From: Orbicella franksi
Lineage: Eukaryota
Direction: 5' to 3'
NCBI GenBank assembly: GCA_964199315.1
Contig: OZ116704.1
Span: 15,252,001 to 15,316,000 of the forward strand
DNA length: 64,000 nt
Both the position numbers and the translations under genes were made by a program. This document shows positions 36,901 to 48,900 of this stretch, one piece after another (positions within the stretch are counted from its first letter, which is position 1; every line of letters begins with the position of its first letter). Under the pieces are notes generated by a model. That model saw only the letters and a list, made by a program, of their open reading frames with translations. It did not search any database and was not told the DNA's origin.

Positions 36901-39900
36901 AAAAATTGTTTGTCGTTAGAAATTAAAAAGAGACATTTGAGACATTTTGGTATTTTAGTGTAGAGTCTTCGTCAAAATATTGGTTGTAATTTCGAAAAGC
37001 TTATAAGTCAACTGAGTGTAAAATCGCTACTAGCACCAGCAAGGGGACCTTTACATTACTTCTGGTATTATTGTACCTGTTGAAAATTGACAAATTTACA
37101 AACGTTTATACCCCTAGTCACACAAGTGTTTCCAATGTAACAAGTTTCCCAAGACGTCTAAGGAAAACGGGAAAAGCGATAAAACAATCTCCCACGTGGA
37201 GATTCAGAGACTTGAAAATTGGCTGAAATGAATTCTTCGACTTTTTCTGAAAGCAAGTTTCCTCTGGATATTTTTGGGGTCAATTGAATAAAAAATTTGC
37301 ATAATTATTTAAAAAGTGGAATTGGAGGTGGTCGTGACTATAAAGCGTAACTAATCTGTACATTCACGCTTTTCACAAAAACAATTCTGTGGTACGGAAA
37401 CTATATTTCAACCACACTGACAGACGTAAAAAAAACTATAAGAGTTAAGAATTAAACTGATTTTTGATCATACGGACTAGAAAAACATTTGGTTACGTTT
37501 TAGAGGTTTTAAAGTTTTTGAAAGCAGTTGCATTCAGATAAACAAAACATGAGTATTTGGGCCGTGTATTCAATTTCCATACTGTTATAATCAGGTCAAT
37601 GTATTACGACTGAGAATTAATTCCACAACACTTGGTAGCAACAAACAACGAGTAATTACACTGTACATAAGACCTCAGTTTTTAGTAGTTTTTCAGATGA
37701 ATGTAATTCAAACTAAATGGGGCTTCACGATCTTTCACAACGCCCCCGCAAAATGTGTGAATTAACATGCAGGGATAGTGGCGCTGATGTGATGTGTTTA
37801 CAATTCGACATAATTATAGCATTTGAGACGACGCACTGTGCGTGATAGAATTCTTAGAATTGGAATAAAAACAAAACCGATAACAAAATTAAGCTTTTTT
37901 GCTTGGTATTGTGTGACAGTATAACAAAATAACTTGTCCCATATTCGGCCACAAATTTCCAGTTAAAATATTTTTCATTTTAGCAGAAATGCCCAGTCAG
38001 AGTGCCCAACCAGGTTAAGCTTTCACCTGTCAAAACCTCAAATTCACCGGACAATTGTCCGATGACCGACTGTTATTTGCAGGCTTGCTTCAATCTCCCC
38101 GAGCAGAATTGCAAGAATGAAATTAGCCAAAATGAAATATGTGCTGAGCTCCATTCATAAAGGCAATACAAACACGCCATGGAGTAAACTGGCTATGTGA
38201 AAATTATTACACATAGCCAGTTTATTAAACCCAGAAAAAACCAAGTGGAAATATCAATACAAGTAATCATTAAATATGTATTGCCTGCAAATTTAGGGCA
38301 ATGAACCACTACAACACTAACATCGCCATGTACTAGAAAGAGGCAGGGGTTGGGGAGGAGGCGGGTCGATAAAAAGGTTTGCGTGTCAGTGAAATCACAA
38401 ACAGACATCCATTATACAAAGATTCGTGAATACTACATTATTAGTGCACATCATTGCAGATTCAAAATTCAAAACATTTTCCTCGGTACCATTAGCTCCC
38501 AACCTCTCCTCACGCAATGGGTAAAATCATTATGTAAATACATGGCTCAATTGTTGCATAAAATTTTATTTGTGAACAAATAATGTGTTTACTATTCTCA
38601 ACTGCGTTACTTAACATTTTTCCATGCAGGAATCTGTGTCCAAATGGAACATATTCATTAGGGGCTCAGATCAAGTGTACCCTCTGCCTCCCAGGCAGCA
38701 AGTGCCCATCCATCACAGAGGGACCCACTATTTGCCCACCAGGATACTTTAGTGAGAGAAATGCAGAAGACTGCAAGTTGTGTGAGGCTGGCAAGCAATG
38801 CGCTGATCCAGCATGTAAGATCAATCTTAATTCTGAGAAAGTGATAACTTCCCCTGCTTATGTTAAAAGAGTCTGTTCAGAAGTTCAAAAAACAATAATT
38901 ATTGCAGTAATAATTATTGAACTACTGTATGCTTGTATCTTTCAGCTCCTGAGCCATGTCCTCCAGGGTATTATTCCAACATTGGCTGGATACAATGTTT
39001 ACCTTGCAAAAGGGGATTTAGATGTAAAGAAGGGTCAACCACTGATAGCCCACCTGAAGGCAAGTTAACATACTTTATCAAGTACATGCTATTACACAGC
39101 TTGCTATAGTTACAAGTGAATTTTGGAGGATAGAAATATTCCTTTTGTCTGCTGTGACAAAGCCACTGAGGGCAATTTGAAAATACCCAAAAGAAAATAC
39201 ATGCACTGATTAACTTGATTCAATTGCAGAACTAGCATGAGCTGCTGACATAATTATGGTGTGAGCAGAGAGAATTTACATTTTGGTGATCAAATTAAAC
39301 AAGTTGTTTACTTTTTTGTCGCTGAATTTTCTGATAGAAATAGAAAACATATTCTCCGTGTTTCTCTTGAGATATGGAAACACTCATAAAAGTTTGGGAG
39401 GACTCGAAAAAGCTCTCCCAAACTTCCATTTGTGTTTTTATACTCAACAGAAACACAATACATGTTTCTATTTCATAAGGAATAAATATGTGTGGGTACT
39501 CTGGGATTTGCATCTTGTAGTTGTAATCACAGTTGCAGCCATTCAAAACTTTTTTTTATATGTTTGTCTTTTCTAGATGTGTGCCTACAAGGTGGCTGGT
39601 GTGATGGCCGAACATTTTTCCCATGCCCACCAGGAACATATAACGGTTTTAATGGGTCCCAATCTCAGGAAGCCTGCAAGGCATGCCCTATGGGTTACTA
39701 TTGTCAAGACAGCGGCACGGTCAGTTTTGACACATTTGTTTGTCCAGCAGGCCATTACTGCCCCACTGGAACAAAATTCCCTAATCAATTCCCTTGTCCT
39801 GCTGGCACATACAACCCAGATGTTAACCAGACGGCTAGAGCTGTAGCTTGTTTGCCTTGCACTCCTGGAAACTACTGCGAGGCTGGTTCAACTCAACCCA

Positions 39901-42900
39901 CTTTGTGTCCTCCCGGGTACTATTGTCCCAGTGGCACTGGTTCAAGGACACAATTTGCTTGTCATGCTGGATTTTACAATGATGTCTTTGGACTGACAAA
40001 TTACACAGAGTGTAAAGCGTGCCCTCCTGGGTCATACTGTCCTGATGGTTCTTTGACTGAACCTACAGTTACACCTATTCCATGCCCACCGGGTACGTAC
40101 AATCCAGATTGGAATGTGGGCCACCTGCTAAACTGTATTCCATGCACTGCAGGTTACTTTTGTCCTCAGGCAGGGCAGGTCAATGCCACATTATTCTGTT
40201 ATGAAGGCTATTACTGTCCAAATGGCACAGTGGCTGGTCATCAGTTTCCATGTCCTCCAGGAACATTTGGGGACAAAGCAGGTCTGACTGTTGCAGAGGA
40301 ATGTCTGATCTGCCCACAAGGAAAGTCATGCAGCTGGGGTACTGGCCTAAACAACAACAACACTTGGCAAGTTTGTCGCCAAGGACACTTCTGTCCAGCA
40401 GGTGTGTTATGAAGTTTGTGCATGATACAAGGAGTGTGATGTGAAAGGTTAATTACCTGGGCGGGAACTAGCTAATATATTGATGTAAAATGAAGCTAAA
40501 TATTTGTTTGACTGTTTATTTGTTTATTGCCTGGTAGTGTGTTTAGTTGTAACTTTCCTATTTCAAGGGTAGCTGATTATTATTAAAGGCATCCTTTGTT
40601 ACACATGTTTTTGTGATTTAGTTGTCAAGTTTGTAGAGCACTTCAATCTTTTCCAGTTTTTTTGATCTGTACTCTGTTTTCACTTCCTAGTTGATCCATT
40701 CTTATTTAAAGCATCAGAGGCCTTGTTCAATTCTAATACCAGCTAAGACACAGTATTGCCCAAATGTCATGATCAAACTGTATTATTTAGCATATTAATT
40801 AAATCCCTCAAAATTAGCTGTGGCAAGCTTACCGAACTGATAACATGGTTTGGTTTTGTTTCATGTTATATAACAGGGACAGGAGCACCAACAAAGTTTC
40901 CTTGCCCTCCTGGAACTTACTCAAATAGCTCTGACTTGTTTGATGCCTCCCAATGTGACATCTGTCCTGAAAGAAAGTACTGTCCAGGTGGAGAACCAGA
41001 ACCCAGAGGTGACTGTCCTCCAGGGTATTACTGTCCAAGCGGCACTCATGTGGCAGAGCAGTTTCCATGTCCTAATGGCACATACAATCCTGATTATGCT
41101 AAAGCCAGAGTTGATGAATGTCTTAACTGCACTCAGGGCCATTTCTGTGAAAAGGCAACAGTTCAACCTATGCAGTGTTCCATAGGTTAGTTAAGGGTCT
41201 CTGTATTTCCTATATGCGTAATGAGCATGGTCATGCCTCAAAGGTGTTGGAGCTAAGAATAGTTCACTCTGATAACTAGGTGAAATTTTATCATTAAAAA
41301 TAAGTGCACTTATATGGCAAATATATTTAGCACTTTAAGTAATGTGGCCAACAGGGTCAACCGTAATACGTCAAAGGAAAAGACATATTAATTAAAGTTC
41401 TATTATTAAATTCTGTGATAACAGACTCAGCCTACATGTAGGTGTTGGCTATTGATGATGGCCTTCAGTAGTCATGTTTTTCCTAGCCCCACATTAGCCA
41501 AAACATGTTTAATGAAGTGGAGCTCTATAACCAAATTATCTAAATTTGGTTTAGGTTGAATCTGTGGTCCCAACAGAAACTGTTGAAAGTGCCTTAATAA
41601 GCTATTTTGGCAATGTTCAATGCTCAGAATCCAATTTTTTCAATAATAAATGTAGTTTGTATAGTGTGATCACACATGGCAAGTGAGGGTAGCTCAGAAC
41701 ATAACTGTTGTCTGTGTAACGAGAATAACAAGTCACTTATTAACCACAATAAACAGGCTTCAAACAGAACAACTTAATTGGACTAAAAGAAGACAGATAG
41801 AAACTTACTAGAACTGACCATGTTTCTTATCACATCAAAAGTGGTCAAACAAGGCCAACAGACCAGACCTATAATATCATTAATTGTATCTATAACAAAA
41901 TTCTTGATCATGCGGGTGTCCAATTACAGGTATCCAATTTGAACTTTGAATACCTGTAACTAGATACCTACACCATTCACACATCAATTACATCTGTGTT
42001 AATGGCTTCTTTCTCAATGTTTCCAAAAGTTTTTAAAACTTATGAAAAGCACTTCAAACTTGTTTGCTCAAAAGAAGTTTTCAAATGACATGTTCAATTC
42101 CAAAATTTGTCATAGATACAATTAATTAGTAATTGGACCTCGTGTCTTACAATTCAGGGAGTAATTGTGCTCATAATATCAAACTGGCCTCGCACTTTGT
42201 GCTCGTCTCATTTTCAAATTACTTGCGTGATTTCTCCCTGAATTGTACTCCACTCAGTCCAATTGCTATTACTAATTTCACATTCACTAAATACTCACCT
42301 TGTTGAAATGTCAGTCACCAAGAGCAGTTATTCTCAAGGCTATCCTCACACAGTTGATCACACTTTATGAACTACTGACATGCAAACCATTACTATTAAT
42401 AAATGTTTTTTTAAAACTGACATGAATATTCCTTTTGTAGGAACCTACATGCCTTTTGGTTTCAATGCGACAAGTGGTGAGGTTGTTGGAATACCCGCTA
42501 AAGGTAAAGGTGACTGCCTTCCCTGTCTCGCAGGACACTTTTGTCTCAATGGCACTGTCACACCAGAACCTTGTGGCAAAGGGAAATACACAAATCCTGG
42601 GCAGTCAGTGTGCCAGACATGCTTGGCTGGGCGGTATTGCGACAGTGAGACCACAACCGAAGCAGAGATGAATGCCACCAAACTGTGTCCTGCTGGTCTG
42701 TACTGTCAGGCAGGATTGTCAAATGTCAGTGAAGCAACTGATTGCAGACAGGCACACTATTGTCCAGAAGGTGAGTGATTCACATGTGATCTAACTACAG
42801 GTACATGTATATGTTACTTCAGTTGTGAAAAATGATCAACATCTGGCTTCTCCTTATATTGTGAACACACTATCAAATGGATCAGGTTGTCATAAACAAA

Positions 42901-45900
42901 AGAACTGAAAAATATCTTGATGAACTACTTAATTCCAAGCATTATGAGAACTGTCTGACAATCAGTGAGGCAAAAACAAAAACATCTTAACCTGGACACA
43001 AAGGCAGAGGCTTTTAAAAGTGCTTCAAGATGTGACCAATGTGAATGTTCCTGACATTGTTCTGTTGTTGAGATCGGGGGACAAAAATTAATAATTAATG
43101 TGTTGGTTAAAGAGGTTCTGTCAGGGTCCTCACATGGTTTTGATGCAGTCTAAGAGCCTCCCTTGAGCTAGATTAGCCAGTACACAGATGGATGCAGGCA
43201 GGATTGTTCATGAAACCTAACTAAATTCTAGTGGGCTTACTAGTAATGGACTGGCATCTCATTTAGGGGTAACAGCAACTCTGCAAACAAGTCATTTACA
43301 GTGGTACATGTACATTGAAGTATCCAAATTCAAAAGTTAAATAAATGTCAGTCCTACTATTTTTTCTAATTTTTTCTTCACTCTAGGTCACCCTGTAGAA
43401 ATTCCATGTCCTGTTGGTACATTCAACCCAAACAGCAGTGGAAAGAGTGTATATGACTGTGCGATGTGTACGGCTGGAAAATACTGTCTTGAACAATCCG
43501 TCCATGAGACTGGTGACTGTGATCAAGGCTTCTACTGCCCAACAAACATCACAGATGGAGTCTCAAGCTTGCGTATTGGCTCCTATGGACCAATACAGGA
43601 ACCCTGCCCCAAGGGAACATTCCTCGATGAGACAAGAGGGCGGTTTGTTGAGGATTGTAAAGAGTGCATTATAGGAAATTATTGTCCAATCGGATCTAAG
43701 ACACCCACTGTTTGTACAACTGGTCACTACTGTCCACCTGGGTCAGGCGACCCTCAACCATGTCCTCTGGGAACATTCAATAATGGCAGTGGGGCTTATT
43801 ACCTTGAGAACTGTACTGCATGTACACCTGGCTGGTAAGGATGTGTATGGTTTAGACAAAATAATTCTTAGTATTTAACCACGCGGCCATGGGCGGAGCG
43901 CGGTTCTAGGTTTACCCGTGGTTTATTTTTTTTTTTTTTTGTCGGTGACCAGACGCAGACCTCGGCTCGGCCAAATTCCGAGTCACGCAACGTGTGATGT
44001 TTTTTCCGCCAGAAGCTGTTAAAACATTAATACACGGATAATTTTACGGATATTGTTTCCTTTGTTGTGGGTGAAATATATTTTCTTTTGGTTTTATCGA
44101 AGCGTTGGATTCAAAGGGAATAATAAATACGCTAAAAAAAGGTATTATGTCAGCCATGGAATGCGTTGACGTTGCAGCTTTCACTTTCGCTACGTGACTA
44201 ATAAGATCGTGTTTACTTTGGAAGTTTATTTCGCCAGAAGCGACGGTCATCAATTTATTTGCAAGTTTGCGAGTATTTCTTGTGGTTTTAGGCAAATGAA
44301 GTAAATTCTTTGGCTCTTTCATCGCAACGAGTTCATAGATCGGAAGGAAAATGAAATATTTGCAAGCCAAGCAAAGAACATGTCAGGACATGCAATGATT
44401 ACGTCATTGGTAGGGAAATAACCACCGTACTAAAGATAGCCGTCGATAATGCAATTCTTGAATAATGTGACTTGTGTGACTTCTTTGCTAGCCCTTTACT
44501 CAAGGAAAAAAATAAATTTAAACTTGACTTTTAAGAAAGAAAGCTGTTGTTAATAGTGTTCGTATCTTCATGCCCATACATATCCCAAAGAAAGTTCCAG
44601 ATTAACACTATTACGTCATCGGAGATTTCGCAACAGCTACGACTGATGGTGCAATAGTACAGTCTGTGTTGATCAAGTGATGTGATGTCTACAGTAATCA
44701 ATGAATCATCAAGGATTACTTTCGAATGTGCACTGCGTTGCGACTGTAGTGCTAAGAAAACAGTTAAATTTTAAAAGCGTGGTTTTAAGATCTAACAGAT
44801 CTTCTTGTTTATGTAATGCACAAAGTATTTGCCACAACGAACACTGCAGGTTTTGCTGTCCTTTGTGCGAAAGGAGTGTTATTCTAAGTGCCCTGTGTAG
44901 TGGTTTTAAGAGAAAAAAAAGCATAAGTGTGCTATTTTCAAGCTGCTATAACTTTGGACAACAGTGCTCAAAATTGACTTTTGGGGTCTACTCATCTGTA
45001 GGATCAGTAGGCTAATCTAGGGCAAAGTTACTGATCACCTAGTTTCATTTTGGATGCTTAATTTTCAGACACTTTGAATCTCAATTTTGCACAAAAATTT
45101 AGACTCTTTGCTGAAACATAAATGTAATGTAAATTTACACCTACAAAACATCTTTTAGACTGAAACAACATCTGTGGAAAATGATAGTTTTACTGGACCC
45201 TCAAGGTTTCACAGATACACCGGTGGGAGAGTAACAATTCTATCAAGCCGTTATGCAACCATAGTTTACTCTATAAGAGAAACTAGCATATATTTAAACG
45301 TTTTATACTGTAATGTAAATCTTTCAGATGCTTAAAATTTCTGATGTGTTCAAATGTTGGACAGTTCTATTTTCGGACACTTTTTTGGGCGAAATTATCC
45401 TCCAAAATGTTTTGCAAGGAATGTAGTGTGGTTTACAGTTAACTCATAAGGTTGTTGTGCTTGTGTAATAGGTACTGTGATGCACAGGGTCTGTCCATTC
45501 CAAGAGCCCAGTGTGACCCTGGCTATGTATGTTATGGTGGAGCGTACACTGGAACACCCAATGATGGCATTACAGGGAGACCATGTCCCCAAGGGACATT
45601 TTGTGTGGCAGGTTCCTTTGAATTTGATTCTTGTCGTATTGGAACATACAGTAAGAGCACTGGTGGAACAAGTGACCAGGATTGTCAGTTGTGTGATCCT
45701 GGCTACTATTGTTCAAAGCAGCAGCTTACAGCCCCGGAAGGAGCATGCGATGCTGGGTATTACTGTCCAGAGGGATCCATCCTACCCAATCAGACAATTA
45801 CCCCTGCTGGGCACTTCACTCCAGTGGGATCTTCAGAGCCACAGCCTTGTTTACCTGGGACATATCAACCACATCAGAAGCAAAGTCGCTGTCTCCCATG

Positions 45901-48900
45901 TGAACCAGGATTTTACTGCGATACAAAGAACATGACCAGTGGTAAAGAGTGTGAACGTGGATTTTACTGTCCACCTGGTACAGACAGACAATTTGCATGT
46001 CCAGAGGGAACATTTAACAACCACACTCGTCAGGTGTACAACTCAAGCTGTTTAGGATGTCCTCCCGGCCAATACTGTAATCCAACTGCACAGAGTGTTC
46101 CCACAGGTATGAGATCTTATTTATTATTTTGTCCCTCTCCTAACACTTTAGAGTGGGGGTGGGGGGGGGGGGGGGGAGAGCTGGTAAATAGGAAAACAGG
46201 TACTCAAGACATTTTTTATTACATACATGTATGATCCTTCTAGTAAGTGACAGTTTAAGGAGTGGGCTTTTAAATGCACTAAGCATGAGACTGGGACAGT
46301 TTGCACTCTTTGTGTTTGTCTCAACCACAAATGGTTGTGCAAGTCTTGCACCAGGGTGGAAAAATTTTGAGATAAGAGCATCTTGGAAGGAGGAAAAATG
46401 AATATCAGAAATTTGTAGAATAATAATTGTTTTTTTGTTTTTGTTTTATCTTATATTCAAATAAAATTTTCAAATATGTTATAATAATTTATAGGGCTTA
46501 CCACCATTTTGTCTGTCTACCTCACCAGGGCCTTGTGATGCAGGCTACATTTGTTTCTACAATGCAACAAGACCAACACCAACATTTGAGCTTGGTGTTT
46601 TGGAATGGGGCCGGCTGTGCTCTGCAGGATCTTTCTGTCCTAGTGGGACCACACATGAAATAGAGTGCCCAGAAGGAACATACCGGTGAGTTTCATTGGT
46701 TTCTATGTTGTGCTTCATCTCTAGTTATTTTAATGTTAAGTCTTATGTTGCCAGTAGTCATGTGACCTTCTTTATAAAGTTTCAGGCTTTGAGGGTAACA
46801 TTGTCATAAAGAATATCAGAAATGAAAGAACATGATGAATTTTTTTTTCCATGAAAAGATTGCCATAGGCTATTTCTTGTGTGATCATGTGTTAACAACA
46901 TCATCACGCGAAGAAGTCGTGTTTAAACTTTATTTCTGTTTGAGTGAGGTAAATGATATGTTTCCCTCATAGCAAAGTTTTTTACCTCTTTTTGACATCT
47001 CATTTTCATGTACCACTTTCAGGGGGAGGGGTTTTCACAGAGATTTTAATTCAAGGCATTCAAGATTGGATTTGCTAGCCAAAGTGCCAAGTGATACTGG
47101 TGCATGTTGTAATCTACCAATGTGACAACAATTAAATTAGACAGTGTCAGTTGCCAACAGTACAGTACACATTACACTGTAGTCATGGATTGGGTCTGTT
47201 TTTGTTTTGCAGCAAAGTAACTGGTGGCCAGGCTGAAGATGACTGTACACTTTGCGATCTTGGCCATTACTGCAATGGTACAGGACGAACTGAGGTTTCT
47301 GGCCCCTGTGCTCCTGGTTATTTTTGTTCACGGGGAGCTAAAATACCAAAACCCAACAATGATTCCACTGGTGGGATTTGCCCAAGAGGGAGCTTTTGTG
47401 AAGCTGGGAAGCAACCAGAAAAATGTGCACCAGGTACAGCAATTACATTTGGTACCTTCTTGGTGTTGGAAAAACTATTGTGGTTTGGTGTGAATATTGT
47501 TCATTATCTTTTGAATCTTTTTTTATAATACCATGTCAGATGATTACAGCACCACCACATTTTTCATCAATGCCATTGTTTGTTGGGAAGTTGATTTTGT
47601 TCATTACATAGGAGAATTTATTGCTGGTGAGGGAATTACCAGAGGACCTAATGTTGTGCATACTCCCATCTTGTATTTTGAAGAACTTGAAAATGAACAA
47701 TGAACCAAAACTCCCCTCAATTTTGTCTTGAACTACTGGAGGAGAAGCCCCAAACAGTGTGCCAAATGACCTTGTTTACAAGATGTCAAAAGATTCCCTT
47801 TTACTTACCTGTAGGTGTGGTCTCATAAAAGGACACTTTGTATGCCATCTTGTTGAAATGAAAAAATTGAATAAGTTAACTCTGGTCACTATGTTTTTTC
47901 TAGGTTTTCATGCTGATGTTGAGGGTCTAGCTACATGTAAAGAGTGTAGTGCTGGTACTGAGTGCCTTAGAGGAACAATCTACCCTCCACCTTGCCCTCA
48001 AGGGTACTACTGCCTCAGAGGCTCTGAAAACAGTGGTGCAAAACAGGCTTGCCCTAAAGGCACTTTTGGTAATAGGACAGGGCTTACCACACAGAGTGAG
48101 TGTTCTTACTGTTTGGAGGGACACTATTGTGGGACTGCTGCCTTAACAAATGTGACTGGTCCATGCAATGCAGGCTACTTCTGCTTGAAAGGTGCCGAGG
48201 TATCAACACCACCTGATGACAGTCGTACTCCAAAATGGTTCGGTGAATGCCTGGAAGGAGGTTTTTACTGTGAGAGAGGAGTTTCTCAGCCTACACCTTG
48301 TCCACCTGGAACGTTTGCACCTGGTAATGTCGGCAGATTAGAATCAAAGGATGATTGCACCCAGTGCACTGCTGGTTCTTATTGTGAGCTTGGACATCAA
48401 GATGCCGTAACTGGTCCATGTGATGCAGGCTACTTCTGTCTTGAGGGTTCCCACACGGCAAGACCTAATGCATCTTATGGTGGTATCTGTCCTCCTGGAT
48501 TTCACTGTCCTGCAGGCTCTTCTTGGCCTAAGCCATGTGATCCAGGGACATATAACAATGCAAGTGGTCAGGGGTCATGCCAGGACTGCCCAAGAGGTTT
48601 TTATTGCAGTGGTAACAGTACAACTCCTTTGGAGTGCCCTGCAGGCTTTTATTGTCCACGAAAGACACGCTATGCTACTGATAATCCTTGTGATGCAGGA
48701 ACATTCAACAACTTGACAGGAATGTCTGCTGTCAGTGCATGTGTGCAATGCACAGCCGGTTTTTATTGTGATAGACAAGGTCAGTTGACAGATGAAAATC
48801 TATGTACCAACCTGCTTTGTTGAATAAACTATGTACATAGGTAGGTACAGTACGTAGGAACATTTGAAGGTGCATGTAGGTAGATCAGGAGGTACAATGT

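Noticed and set aside
46155-46176. G-quadruplex-capable run near the exon 18 donor (also 26137-26161)
   Set aside because: A simple homopolymer of uncertain assembled length; no evidence of function
48780-48823. Stop after exon 21 (NLLC*) suggesting gene 2 is two genes
   Set aside because: Donor gtcagt at 48780 joins exon 22 in phase and preserves the repeat pattern (DRQGLSNVTGPC)
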